Shown here in pieces: positions 1 to 10,961 of a DNA stretch of 64,000 bases. The stretch is from NCBI GenBank assembly GCA_963799485.1, contig CAWCXJ010000012.1:128001-192000 (forward strand), given 5' to 3'. This stretch comes from an uncultured Trueperaceae bacterium (GTDB lineage: Bacteria; Deinococcota; Deinococci; Deinococcales; Trueperaceae). A program made the translations under genes and the position numbers. Numbering within the stretch: the stretch's first letter is position 1; each line of letters opens with the position of its first letter. The notes beneath the pieces were generated by a model. It was given only the letters and a program-made list of their open reading frames with translations, ran no database searches and was not told where the DNA came from.

Positions 1-1
1 C

Positions 2-2542
2 CTTAGCGTTGACAGGGCCGAATTCGCTTCGGAAGATGCGAACAAACGCGCCCTCGGGATGCAGGTTCGCACCCGTGAGGGGCGCGCCCGCTTTACCCTC
101 AAACCCTTGCCGGTTCCGGCGACGATTGTCGTGCGCGCCGAGTTGGGCGCTTTGGAAAGCAAACAAGATTTTGCGGTACGCTCCGCCAAGCGGCCCTGGA
201 TTGCGGCGGCGGCGGGCAGCGTCGGCGCGTCGCTCGCGCCCGGTGAGCCGCTGCAAAGTGCCGATTTCGGCGCGTCGGGCACGTTGTTCGCTCGGGGCAG
301 CGCGTACGGACAATTGTTGACCTTCAGCGTGCGCTATCCGCAGTCGGTTTACGGCGACCCCACGGACCCGTTTAACGTCCTGCCGGGTGACACCCTCGTC
401 GAACCCGAAGTGATCACCGGTTCGGGCCGCGACCCCACCGCCGAAGCGAGAAGTCGGGACGGCTTTTACGCCCGCGTGGAAAACGACCTCTCCTTCGTTC
501 AGTACGGCGATTTCGCCACCGACCTGCTCGGGCCGCTCTTGGGCGGTTCCCGCGAGCTGACCGGTTTGAGCGGACGTTACGCCCGTTTCGGCGGCGGCTT
601 TGAAGCGCGTGCTTACGCCTCGTACCGCCCACAAGGCGAAGAGGTTACCAGCCGCGACGTTCCGTCGAACGGGACGAGCCTTTACCTTTTACCGGCGGGG
701 CTCGAGTCCTTGGTCGTTTACGCCGTCACCAAAGATGATTTCGGTTCTCTGACAGGCCAAGAAGAGCTGGTGCGGGGCGCGGACTATACCTATACGCCCG
801 CCACCGGACAGCTCTTGTTAAACGACCCGCTGCCGCTACAAAACAACCTCGGCGACCGCGCCTTTTTACGGCTGAGCTACCGTTTTCCTGCCGACGTGGG
901 CGCACCGAGAGTGTTAGAAGCCGGAGCCCAAGTAGCTTACGACGCAGGCGACCTCAAACCACGCCTCGGCGCGGCGCAATCCCAAGACGGGGTGAGCACG
1001 GCTCGAGCCGTCTCTGCCGGTATGTGCTTTGAGCGCGACGAGCTGAGCGCTGAAGCCGACGTCGCTTACGGTGGCGATGAGAGCAGCAGCGGTTTTGCAG
1101 CGACCGCGCGGGCGAGTCTCGACAGCGAACAGCTCGACGCCTCGGCAACCTACCGCTACACCGCCCCCGGCTACCGCTCGCCCGCTTTGGGCGTCAGCAG
1201 CAGCGCCGGACACGAGGCGAGTTTCGGCGTGTCGTACAACGTTACCGACGCCCTCAACCTTTCGGCAAGTGGAACGGCGGCGCAGGCGTTACGCGCCACC
1301 GGGCAAGACCTGAACTTCAGCGCCGACGTGCTGGGCCGCTACCGCGTCGGCAGCGAAGCCGCACTCGGGTCGTTCGTGTTGGGCAGCAATCCCGAACTGC
1401 AACTCGGGGCCGAAGTCGATACCAGCCTCAGCGATACCCGGAACGACTGGGTGCCGCGTGCGCTGGCAGGCTTTAGAGTCCAAACACCGCTGGGCCTTTC
1501 CGACGCCGAGCTCAGCGTGTTGCACCGGCAAGGGCTGTTAAGCACGCTCCCCAGCGAGACCGATTTCGGCGTGCGCTACCGCCTTTTGGAGAACCTCTCG
1601 CTAACCGTCACCGAACGCTTGACCTGGGGTATAGAAAGCGACCTGCTGGTGGGCCTCGAGACCGGTTTCGACAACGCCTCACTCTTGGGCGGCACCCGCT
1701 ACCGGGGTCAGACGACCCTCAGCACGCAGTACGAGCTGCCGGGCGGCGTGAGCGCCGACGCGGGCCGCGCCCGTTTGGGCCTGCGGACGCAGTACCCGCT
1801 TAGTAATGCGTGGAGTATCGACGGGTCTTTGGAGCAGCTTCTGGACTTTTCCGACGGTGGCAGCCGCAGCGCCGCCTCGTTCGGGACAACTTACGACACC
1901 GACGATGTAGACGCGCAGGCGAGCTATCAGTTTAGTTTGGCAGACAGTCTGACCCGGCAGCTGCTGAGCGCGGGCAGCAACTTCCGCGTCAACGACCATC
2001 TTTTCGGCGGGGTAAGCGCGCTTTACAGCCTCGAGCTTGGCGGCGCGGACACCGAAGGGTCGCTGCAAGGCTTTTCTTTCAACATTGCCGGTGCCTACCG
2101 GGGCGCTGTTATCGACGTATTGATGAGCCACACCGCGCTGTTCGGTTCGCTCGCGCCCGGCGGCGCAGAGCTGACCGGCGACGTGCGCGCCGCCGTTCCC
2201 CTAACTGACCTGTTCGACCTGCGCGGCTCTTACTTGTACCGCAGCGAAGCTGCGACCGGGCTTCAGGACGTAGCGGCGCTCGGCGTCGGTGTCTATCCGT
2301 GGAACGGTGGCAGCGTTGCCCTGTACGGACAACTGTTTCACCTCTGGACGCCCGGAACGTACCTGCCGGGGGTGAGTCTCGAGGTGTCCCAAGAGGTCTT
2401 TTGCGGTATTTACGCGGTAGGCGGTTACAACTACGGCGGGCTGACCGATCCGCTCGGGCCGGGGTACGGCGGCGAAGGTTTCTTTATCCGGGTGGATGTA
2501 ATTGCCGACGAGCGGTTTAGTTGCGCGGGGGCAGGGCAGTGA
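2..2542 (+). CDS. Large secreted/outer-membrane protein, 5'-truncated by the window edge; probable beta-barrel-rich C-terminal region
   Basis: The frame is open from position 2 (LSVDRAEF...). Long run of alternating Gly/aromatic amphipathic beta-strands, with YGDF, NGTSLYLL and DYTYTPATGQLLL segments. The stop overlaps the next GTG start (GTGA). Confidence 0.7.
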   Translation, partial: LSVDRAEFASEDANKRALGMQVRTREGRARFTLKPLPVPATIVVRAELGALESKQDFAVRSAKRPWIAAAAGSVGASLAPGEPLQSADFGASGTLFARGSAYGQLLTFSVRYPQSVYGDPTDPFNVLPGDTLVEPEVITGSGRDPTAEARSRDGFYARVENDLSFVQYGDFATDLLGPLLGGSRELTGLSGRYARFGGGFEARAYASYRPQGEEVTSRDVPSNGTSLYLLPAGLESLVVYAVTKDDFGSLTGQEELVRGADYTYTPATGQLLLNDPLPLQNNLGDRAFLRLSYRFPADVGAPRVLEAGAQVAYDAGDLKPRLGAAQSQDGVSTARAVSAGMCFERDELSAEADVAYGGDESSSGFAATARASLDSEQLDASATYRYTAPGYRSPALGVSSSAGHEASFGVSYNVTDALNLSASGTAAQALRATGQDLNFSADVLGRYRVGSEAALGSFVLGSNPELQLGAEVDTSLSDTRNDWVPRALAGFRVQTPLGLSDAELSVLHRQGLLSTLPSETDFGVRYRLLENLSLTVTERLTWGIESDLLVGLETGFDNASLLGGTRYRGQTTLSTQYELPGGVSADAGRARLGLRTQYPLSNAWSIDGSLEQLLDFSDGGSRSAASFGTTYDTDDVDAQASYQFSLADSLTRQLLSAGSNFRVNDHLFGGVSALYSLELGGADTEGSLQGFSFNIAGAYRGAVIDVLMSHTALFGSLAPGGAELTGDVRAAVPLTDLFDLRGSYLYRSEAATGLQDVAALGVGVYPWNGGSVALYGQLFHLWTPGTYLPGVSLEVSQEVFCGIYAVGGYNYGGLTDPLGPGYGGEGFFIRVDVIADERFSCAGAGQ

Positions 2543-5500
2543 ACGGGTTTGTGAAACGCATGGTGCGGACAGTTGTGCTGCTCCCCCTATTTTTCAGCTG
2601 GGGATTTGCACAGACACCGGCCTGTTCGACGCTTTATGGCGGGGGCGTTGCAGCTACGAGTACCAACGCCGGGCCGATTTTTTCGATCAACACGGCGACC
2701 GGGGCCAGAATTTCAAACGTGTTTACGCCACCTTACGGAACTGCCGCATTTGCGCGGAGTCCGGTAAACGGTCGCATTTACTTCATCGAGTATACGAGCG
2801 GCACGACCTCTTCCAGAGTCGGGTATTACGACCCCGCTACCGGAACTACCACCACAGCAGCGGCGACGATCAATAAGGGAACGGATTCAGGACTATTCCT
2901 TCGTTTTGGCTTCAACGCCGATGGGGTAGGTTACGCGTCGATTGCCGACAACAATTCCGTCTATACGATTACCCCTTCGGGCAACACCGCTACGGTTGCG
3001 CGCCTCGGGACGATTACGGGTTTGCCAACAGGTTTAAGCGGCGATTTTGCTATTACTGCCGCAAACCGGGCGTGGCTAAGCGGCAACGGTGAAGTCTACC
3101 GGATCGACCTCAATAAACCTACCTTGCCAGCAGTCGTAATCTACGACTCGAATAATGTCAACATCAACGGGGTCGCGTTCGACACCAACAGCGATCTGTT
3201 GCTTTCCGATACGACGCAGCTTTTTCGCATCGATCCGGGAACCCTGCAAAAGACAACTGTCGGTACGGGCTTTAACATCACGACGCGCAGCGCCGACCTT
3301 GCCAACTGCGTGATTCCGACGCTCGAGCCCAACCTCACCATCATCAAGTCTGTTGCTCCAGCAGGGCCGGTCGCGCCGGGAACGGTGCTGACCTACACCA
3401 TCACCACGACCAATAGCGGGAACGCGGTCGCGGTCAACACGACGTTTCAAGACAGCATTCCGGCAAACACGACCTACGTCGCCGGTTCGACGACCAAGAA
3501 CGGCGTAGCGGAGCCCGACGCTGCAGGTGGCGTCATGCCCTTTGTCACTGCCGCGACGATTACGAGCCCCAGCACGCAGTTCGGGCCGGGGATTGTCGGC
3601 ACCGGCACCGCAAACCAAGCGACTGTAAGCTTTAAGGTCAGGGTCAACAATCCTTTTCCTTCAACTGTAGCAGCAGTAACCAACAGGGGCTTCGTCGAGT
3701 ACGATTCGGGTGCTGGCGATACACGCGTCATTCAGCCCACCACGCCTCCCGGCGGCGGCGATAGCGCGACACCTATCACCATCGGCAACCGCGACTTCGG
3801 TGACGCCCCCGACGCAGCGACCGGCACCGGGACGGGCAACTATCAAACGACCGGCAGCGGACAACGGCCCGAGTCACGCCATCGTTTCGGGTTTACGGCT
3901 CGGCTCGGTTGTCGCCGACGCCGATGACGGCACCTTGCAAAATGTGGGCGCAACAGCTGATAACACGACCGGAACGAACGACGAGGAGGGTGTAAGCAGT
4001 TTCCCGGTCTTTACCACAACGTCCGGACAAACGGTAACCGTGCCGGTAGCAGTCACCAACACGACAAGCGCGGCGGCATCTTTGGTCGGCTATCTCGACT
4101 TTAACAAAGACGGTGACTTTCTAGATACCGGCGAACAGTCGGCGCTTGTACCGGTGGCAGTAAATCAAACGTCGGCCAACGTCGTTTTTACGACCCCTAC
4201 AGGACTCACGGCGGGGACGACCTACGCGCGTTTTCGTATCGGCGGCGTTGCGGGCGAGGTGACGTCATCGGTTGGGGGAGCCTCGAGCGGTGAGGTCGAA
4301 GATTACCGAGTCACAATTGGTTCACCTGATTTGACGATAAGCAAAACGCACACTCCGGCAACTTTTGTGCGGGGCAGGAGCGGTACCTACACCCTGACAG
4401 TCGGTAACATAGCGGCAATCAACCGACCTCCGGAACTATCACCTTGACCGATACCCTGCCCGCAGGCTTAAGCGTCAACGGTGGCGCTACCGGAACGGTG
4501 ACGCCGGGCGGGACGAACGCCGCCAACTGGACGTGTTCTTCAAATGCAGCGTCGCCGCAGGTCATCACCTGCTCGAGTACCACAGTCATAGCAGCGAGTG
4601 GGAGCAGCGTGTTTAATTTGGGCGTCAGCGTGGCCCCCGGTGCCGGAACCCCGGTGGTCAACAACGTAGCAGTGTCCGGTGGGGGCGAGGCAGCGGCAAA
4701 TAACGGGAACAATACAGCGAGCGATTCGGCGGTTACGGTTGCACCGACCGACCTTACGCTTAGCAAATCGCACAGCGGCGACTTTACAGTCGGCGGCGCA
4801 GGAACGTACAACTTTACGGTCAATAACAGCGGCGGGGTCGCGAGTTCCGGCACCATAACCGTGACCGACACGCTACCTACAGGTCTGAGCTTTGTCACCG
4901 GTTCGACGACCGGGACAGGCTGGAGCTGTTCAGCCTCGGGCCAAACCGTCACCTGTACAAGCAGCACGGCAATTGCCGCAGCCGGGAGCAGCACCTTTGC
5001 TTTTAACGTCAACGTCGGCGTAGCCACCGCGCCGGGAACGAACAGCGTGACCAACACAGCGAGCGTTTCAGGTGGCAGCGACAGCAACACGGCAAATAAC
5101 AGCGCTAACAACGGTGAACGGCGACCCGACGACCGTGCTTTCACCTGATCTGACTGTAACCAAATCGCACACACCGAGCAGCTTTGTTCAGGGTGGCGTA
5201 GGGAATTACCGAATCAGGGTGTATAACGACACCGTAAACGCGACGGCCTCGACTACCGGCACGATCACCGTCACCGACACCCTGCCGGTTGGTTTGAGTG
5301 TCCCAGCCGGTGCCGTGACGCTTACGGCGGGCGGGACGGTCTGGAGCTGTACGGCGTCCGGGCAAGTCATCACCTGCAGCTACACGAAACCGATTCCGGT
5401 AGGCAGCGGCAGCATATTCAGGTTTAATGTCAACGTCGCATCACCGGCCCCGGCGAGTGTAACCAATAACGTGACGGTTTCAGGTGGTACTGAGGCGACC

Positions 5501-5920
5501 GCAAACACAGGCAACAACACGGACTCTGACCCGACCACAATCGTTGATGCGGGCAACCTCACGCTCGTTAAAAGCGTCCGTAACGTCACGACGAACTCAG
5601 CGTTTAGCAGCGCCGGGAGCGGGGAACCGGGAGACGTGCTCGAGTACTGCGTCGGCTACAGCAACCCCGGTCAGAGTCCGGTGACGGGTACGGTCGTAAG
5701 CGACAGTATTCCGACAACGACCACGCCGCTCACCTCGGTCGGCGACTACGGCAATCAGGCGATTCGCTGGCGGATAACCCAGCCGAGCGCCGGCACGCAA
5801 AACCTCAGTGCGGTCTCAGGCGACGACGACGGTGAGCTGGGCGCGGTGCTGACGGTGCGGGTCGGCGCGGTTCCGGCGGGCGGCGCAGGCGACGTCTGTT
5901 TTCGGGCGCAGATCAAATAG
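2539..5920 (+). CDS. Secreted surface protein (signal peptide, beta-propeller-like N-terminus, DUF11 repeats, GEVED domain), split by 3 frameshifts (~3853, ~4408, ~5108)
   Basis: Four overlapping ORFs join into one Thr/Gly-rich protein with repeated L(T/S)xxKS/T...TDTLP...VTN modules and a literal GEVEDY motif. The junctions restore YQTT-AADNGPSH, GN-SGNQPTSGTITLTD and SA-TTVNGDP. Confidence 0.75.
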
Positions 5921-5981
5921 CCTTACGCTTAACCGTGAGAGGGATTGCGGCAAACCTGTCGCGGTCCTCTTAACGTAAGGC

Positions 5982-7376
5982 ATGTCCGACACAAAAATCC
6001 GCAAACAGATTCAAGACGAACGCGTTCAAGAGCTTAACGATAAGGAGACTCAAGAAGGGGAGTACGTCCTCTACTGGCTGCAAAGTTCGCAGCGGAGCGA
6101 GTACAACCACGCCCTCGAGTACGCCGCTCTCAAGGCCAACGAACTGGACAAACCCCTGCTCGTCGCATTTGGCCTCACCGACGACTACCCCGAAGCAAGC
6201 CTGCGGCACTACCACTTTATGCTGCAAGGCTTGCAAGATGTTGCGAAAGCTTTAGAGAAGCGCAAGGTCAAGTTTGCCCTGCAACGCGGCGCACCCGATG
6301 ATATTGCCGTAAAACTCGCCGAAGACGCGGCGCTGGTCGTGTGTGACCGCGATTATCTGCGGCTTCAGCGCAAATGGCGTGAGCGCCTCGCCAAAAAAGC
6401 GCCGTGCCGGGTCGTGCAGGTCGAAACCAACGTCGTGGTGCCGGTCGAGCTGGCGTCGGGTAAAAAAGAACACGCCGCCCGCACCTTGCGGCCCCGGCTC
6501 AGCAAGCATCTGGACAAATTTCTGATTCCGTTAGACGAGGTAAAGCTTAAAGTAGATTCTCTTGACCTGAACATCAAAGGTGAAGACATCTCCGAGCTCG
6601 ACACGTTTTTGGGGAAACTGACGCTCGAGCCCGACCCCCCGCCCGTCAAACTCTTTAGGGGCGGCACCGAAGCCGCGAAAAAAGTCCTGAGTAATTTTCT
6701 CAAAAACGACTTTGCCGACTATACCGAAACCCGCAATCAGCCGCAGACGAGCCATGTGTCGCACATGAGCAAATATCTGCACTACGGGCAGATTTCGCCG
6801 GTGTATATCGCCCTAGAGGTCGAGTCCGCCGGAGCGTCTAAGGAGAATGTGGACAGCTACCTTGAAGAACTCATCATCCGCCGTGAACTGCCGATGAACT
6901 TTGTGTTTTACGAACCCGACTACGACCAATACCGCGCCCTGCCCGCGTGGGCGCAAAAGAGTCTGGCAGAACATAAAGACGACAAGCGCAACCCTGAGTA
7001 CACCCGCAACGAGCTCGAGGCCGCTGAAACCGACGACCCCTACTGGAACGCCGCCATGAATGAGATGAAGGTTACCGGGTATATGCACAACTATATGCGG
7101 ATGTACTGGGGCAAAAAGATTCTCGAGTGGTCAGCCAGCCCCGAATACGCCTTCGAGACGACGCTTTACCTGAACAACAAGTACTTTTTAGACGGGCGCG
7201 ACGCCAACTCCTACGCCAACGTCGCCTGGGTTTTCGGACAGCACGACCGGGGTTGGAAGGAGCGGGCGGTGTTCGGCAAGGTGCGCTATATGTCGGCGGG
7301 CGGACTGAAACGCAAAGCCGACCCGGACGCGTACGTCGAAAAGGTGGCGGGGTTCATCGAAGAAGCCCGGACCTAA
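5982..7376 (+). CDS. phr: Class II CPD photolyase (deoxyribodipyrimidine photo-lyase)
   Basis: YVLYWLQSSQR..NHAL N-terminus; GYMHNYMRMYWGKKILEW, YFLDGRDANSY and HDRGWKERAVFGKVRYM motifs typical of class II photolyases. Confidence 0.92.
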   Translation: MSDTKIRKQIQDERVQELNDKETQEGEYVLYWLQSSQRSEYNHALEYAALKANELDKPLLVAFGLTDDYPEASLRHYHFMLQGLQDVAKALEKRKVKFALQRGAPDDIAVKLAEDAALVVCDRDYLRLQRKWRERLAKKAPCRVVQVETNVVVPVELASGKKEHAARTLRPRLSKHLDKFLIPLDEVKLKVDSLDLNIKGEDISELDTFLGKLTLEPDPPPVKLFRGGTEAAKKVLSNFLKNDFADYTETRNQPQTSHVSHMSKYLHYGQISPVYIALEVESAGASKENVDSYLEELIIRRELPMNFVFYEPDYDQYRALPAWAQKSLAEHKDDKRNPEYTRNELEAAETDDPYWNAAMNEMKVTGYMHNYMRMYWGKKILEWSASPEYAFETTLYLNNKYFLDGRDANSYANVAWVFGQHDRGWKERAVFGKVRYMSAGGLKRKADPDAYVEKVAGFIEEART

Positions 7377-7634
7377 GCAACGAGCTATGAGCAGTAAGTA
7401 AAAGCGTTTGGCTTACTCGCTGCTCATGGCCGGGTACTCATTGCTCGTTCATCGTCCCCTATAAAAAACCTCACACCTCACGCAAATCCTGTGCGAAAGT
7501 GCATCTGCGCTTGACGAAAGTTAGAAAAAGTAAATCCAAATGGGCGTGGGCTGCGTATACCTAATACAAGAGGCTCACAATTTCTACCGCCCTCGAGGTG
7601 AGTCGCTTTTTACTCAGGGCCAGGAGGCAAGTGT

Positions 7635-8741
7635 ATGAACGTCAACAAGGTGCTTAATGGCAAAGTAGACCGCCGCCGACTACTCGGCAACCTGGGGCTG
7701 CTCAGTGCCGGTGCAGTCCTGACCGCGTGCGGCGGTTCCGTCGTCGGGCAAGTCGGTGCGCAGCAGTCCGGTGACGATTACGACGCCGCGATTCTGAACT
7801 TCGCGCTCAACTTGGAGTATCTAGAAGCCGCCTACTACCTCGCCGCTGTGGGCCGCCTGAACGAGCTGCCCGGTTACGATCCCGAAAAGGTCATCTTGCC
7901 CGACGGTTATACCGGCACCGACCCGAGCACCTCGCTCTACGCCTCGATGTACACGGGCGGTATGAGCACCCAGACGGTGACGAAAGTTACCGAACTTGTC
8001 GGCGCACTCGCCAACGAAATCGCCCAGGACGAACTCTCGCACGTCGTCTTTTTACGCACGGCGCTTGACAGCGTCGGTGCGCCCGTTGCCGACTTGCCGG
8101 TCGTCAACTTAAACAGCTCGTTTAAGGCCGCTGCGACTGCCGCCGCCAGCTTTACCGCCAACGGTCTCGGTTTCGACCCGAACGCGTTCAATCCCTTTGC
8201 CAACGACACCTTCTTCCTCTTCGGTTCGTACATCTTTGAAGACGTCGGCGTTACCGCTTACAAGGGTGCAGCCAAGTACATCACCAGTCCCGACTACTTA
8301 GAGGCCGCCGCCGGCATTCTGGCAGTCGAGGCGTACCATGCGGGCAACGTTCGCAGTTTCCTCTACACCTCGGACATGCGCGCCGACTACCGTTACGGCG
8401 GCGTCGATATCTGGACGATTGCGCGCGCCATCTCGGACGCCCGCGATTCGCTCGACGGCAGCACCGACTTAGACCAGGGCATCGTCGGCAACCCCACCTA
8501 CGATACCGTCAAACCCGCCGGACACGCCGGCCCCGACGGACTTGTCGCCAACATCATCCCGGCAGACAAAAACGCCATCGCCTTTAGCCGCACCCCGCTG
8601 CAAGTTGCCAAAATCGTTTACTTGAGCCCCGACGCCGTCGTTTCCGACGCGAGCTTTTTCCCGCAGGGTATCAGCATTCCTGCAAGCCTCACCGACCAGT
8701 TCGGCGCGCTGCTCGACCCGAACTTCCCGAACAACCTCTAA
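7635..8741 (+). CDS. Ferritin-like (Ferritin_2) desiccation-related protein with Tat-type lipoprotein signal
   Basis: DRRRLL twin-arginine motif and LTAC lipobox; ILNFALNLEYLEA, EIAQDELSHV, FEDVGVTAYKG and AVEAYH motifs; SD AGGAGG upstream. Confidence 0.85.
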   Translation: MNVNKVLNGKVDRRRLLGNLGLLSAGAVLTACGGSVVGQVGAQQSGDDYDAAILNFALNLEYLEAAYYLAAVGRLNELPGYDPEKVILPDGYTGTDPSTSLYASMYTGGMSTQTVTKVTELVGALANEIAQDELSHVVFLRTALDSVGAPVADLPVVNLNSSFKAAATAAASFTANGLGFDPNAFNPFANDTFFLFGSYIFEDVGVTAYKGAAKYITSPDYLEAAAGILAVEAYHAGNVRSFLYTSDMRADYRYGGVDIWTIARAISDARDSLDGSTDLDQGIVGNPTYDTVKPAGHAGPDGLVANIIPADKNAIAFSRTPLQVAKIVYLSPDAVVSDASFFPQGISIPASLTDQFGALLDPNFPNNL

Positions 8742-8757
8742 ACGTATTGCAACCTGG

Positions 8758-8785
8758 AAGGGGCTTGTTACAAAGTCCCTTTTTT
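8758..8785 (+). terminator. Intrinsic terminator
   Basis: AAGGGGCTT-gttaca-AAGTCCCTT followed by a T-run, 16 nt after the stop codon. Confidence 0.65.
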
Positions 8786-8820
8786 CGTATTTTTGCTCCC
8801 ACATCTTTATAGTGAGTAAC

Positions 8821-9678
8821 ATGAAATATCTTTTGCTTATCCTCTCCCTGACCCTAACGGCTTGCGACCTGTTCGGCGGTGTTACACCTCAACCTGCGCC
8901 GCAACGCGTCACGCTGAGCGCGTCTCAAACCGAGGGCGAAATCCCCTTCACCGTAACCTTCACCGCCGAAGCGAATCCTGCTGGTGTGTTTAACTGGGCG
9001 GTCGGTGGCGAGCCGCAAGCGGAAACGTCCGACACCTTTACCAGGGTGTTCGACAGCTCCGGCCTTTACGTTGTAAGTGTGTCGGCAAACGGGGCGTCGG
9101 ACAGCGTAACGGTCACGGCAAATGCGCCCGACACCCCTAATACGGGGCCGAATATCGGCAAGCTCGAGCTGTCTCAAACCCCCGGCGGCCCTGCGCCGTG
9201 GGCCGTGCGGTATACGGTCACTGCCGATGTTGAACTAGGCGCTTCTGTCACCGGGCTCGAGGCCCGTTGTGGTGAAAACCGGGCGTACCGACAGCTCGTT
9301 TCAGGAAGTTTTGCCTGTGTGCATAACAGCGCCGATACGGTGAAGGTCAGGTTCGTGGTCGCCGGCGAGACCGCCGCGAGCGCCGAAGCTGTCCCGGACA
9401 TCACCGAAAATAGCGGCGTAGCGTTCGCCGGGCGCTGGCGCTACAGCTCACGCGGCGTGACCGAAACCTTTGCCATCGTTAAGGGCAGCGAAACCGCAGG
9501 GGAGAGCGCCGACGGGCGTTTCAAGCTCTTTACCGTCGGGCTGCGCGAAGGACTCGTCGCCGAATTTACGGTAGACGGGCGCACCGTCGTATTGACCCCG
9601 ACGCCGGCTGACGACGGAAAACAGCTCTTTGAGGGCCGTGTATACGGGCTGGTGCTCGCGCCCCTACCCACCAACTAA
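8821..9678 (+). CDS. Lipoprotein with PKD-like Ig domain
   Basis: LTAC lipobox; 'GEIPFTVTF...FNW...GLYVVSV' PKD-like segment. Confidence 0.65.
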   Translation: MKYLLLILSLTLTACDLFGGVTPQPAPQRVTLSASQTEGEIPFTVTFTAEANPAGVFNWAVGGEPQAETSDTFTRVFDSSGLYVVSVSANGASDSVTVTANAPDTPNTGPNIGKLELSQTPGGPAPWAVRYTVTADVELGASVTGLEARCGENRAYRQLVSGSFACVHNSADTVKVRFVVAGETAASAEAVPDITENSGVAFAGRWRYSSRGVTETFAIVKGSETAGESADGRFKLFTVGLREGLVAEFTVDGRTVVLTPTPADDGKQLFEGRVYGLVLAPLPTN

Positions 9679-9734
9679 AGGACAGCCGAGCGGGTCACAT
9701 TATCGTTCTTACAGGCGTGTCACAATAACGTCAC

Positions 9735-10085
9735 GTGACAGACAATCCCGCCTCGCTCAGCGTAATTCTGGCTCTAGGCGGCTGCATAATTTTGTGGCTG
9801 GTGGCTCGAGACGCTCTGCCGCTGCCACATGTTTCTAAAGAGCGAATCGTCGTCGTTTTGCTCTGGGCCGGTCTGATAGGTCTTTTGTGGGTCTCGGATT
9901 ATCCGGCGGCGTGGCGCGTCCCTGAAATGGTCGAATACTTGGCGGAAACGACGCTTTCGGTGTTTCGTATCCTCCTCGTGACCGCGACCGGTACGGTACT
10001 TTTCGGCAGCATGGTTGCGATGCTCTTTTTTACCCGGCCCAAATCTCGCCGCCGTACCAAGCTGGACCAACCCAAGCTAGACTAA
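9735..10085 (+). CDS. Hypothetical membrane protein (about 3 TM)
   Basis: Three hydrophobic stretches and a basic tail; ends 4 nt before the next gene. Confidence 0.5.
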   Translation: MTDNPASLSVILALGGCIILWLVARDALPLPHVSKERIVVVLLWAGLIGLLWVSDYPAAWRVPEMVEYLAETTLSVFRILLVTATGTVLFGSMVAMLFFTRPKSRRRTKLDQPKLD

Positions 10086-10089
10086 TCAG

Positions 10090-10668
10090 GTGAAACCTAA
10101 CCGCGCAGAGAAAACACAAGCGAAAACACACGAGAAAACACATCAGACTGCCGTCGTCATCATTCCGCCCAAAAGGGTGTGGGAACCCGTTCAAGCGATT
10201 CGCCGAGTACACGACAAGCAGTTTCGGCGCTGGATGCCGCATCTGACGCTGCTCTATCCGTTTGCGCCCAAACGCGACTTTACCCGCATTTTACCCGAGC
10301 TTGCCGAAGCAGGTTGGGCGCAGGGACCGTTCGAACTGACGCTGGCGCGCTTTGATTCGTTTCGGCACGGACGCAATTACACGGTGTGGTTGGAACCTGC
10401 GCCCGCCGAACCCCTCAGCAAGCTCTACCGGGCGCTGACGAAAGCTTTGCCGCAGTTTTCCGACACCGGCTCGTTTAGAGACGGCTTTACGCCGCACCTG
10501 AGCGTCGGACAAGTCGAAGGCGCAGGCAAGCTTAAAAAGCTTTTGGCAGAACTGAACGGGAACTGGGAACCGCAGCGGTTCTCTGTTACCGAGCTGTCTT
10601 TAATCTCGCGTAAGGGGCCGCCCAACGATATTTTTCAGGTTGACCGGCAGATTACCCTGGGGGGATAG
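10090..10668 (+). CDS. 2H phosphoesterase / 2'-5' RNA ligase family protein
   Basis: Two HxT/S motifs (PHLTL, PHLSV). Confidence 0.8.
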   Translation: MKPNRAEKTQAKTHEKTHQTAVVIIPPKRVWEPVQAIRRVHDKQFRRWMPHLTLLYPFAPKRDFTRILPELAEAGWAQGPFELTLARFDSFRHGRNYTVWLEPAPAEPLSKLYRALTKALPQFSDTGSFRDGFTPHLSVGQVEGAGKLKKLLAELNGNWEPQRFSVTELSLISRKGPPNDIFQVDRQITLGG

Positions 10669-10895
10669 GTCACAGCGAGCTGGTGTGGCACTTGTCCCGG
10701 TAACTGCCCACGAAGCTCGCCAGTATCACTTCAGAGTGCGTGTCCCGGACTGGTTTCATGCTCTAGAGCCGGCTTAAACAAAAGGGTAACTGCCAAAAGT
10801 GGCAAGTATCCTTATGGTCAGATACACGCTCTGTCCGATATTCGCCCGGTAGCATGCAAATTATAAAAATGCCGTACAGCGCCGCTTCCGGCAAA

Positions 10896-10929
10896 GGCCC
10901 GCCCGACCGGTCAAACCGTCGGGCGGGCC
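10896..10929 (-). terminator. Hairpin terminator downstream of citrate synthase
   Basis: 12-bp GC stem GGCCCGCCCGAC/GTCGGGCGGGCC, short T-tail on the minus strand. Confidence 0.6.
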
Positions 10930-10961
10930 AAAATCCTGACTCCAACTAGCGCATCAGAGAC

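Noticed and set aside
5921..5978. RDRM (DdrO box) upstream of the photolyase
   Set aside because: Half-sites TTACG/CGTAA are present but not in the 17-bp palindromic spacing; better explained as an RNA hairpin.
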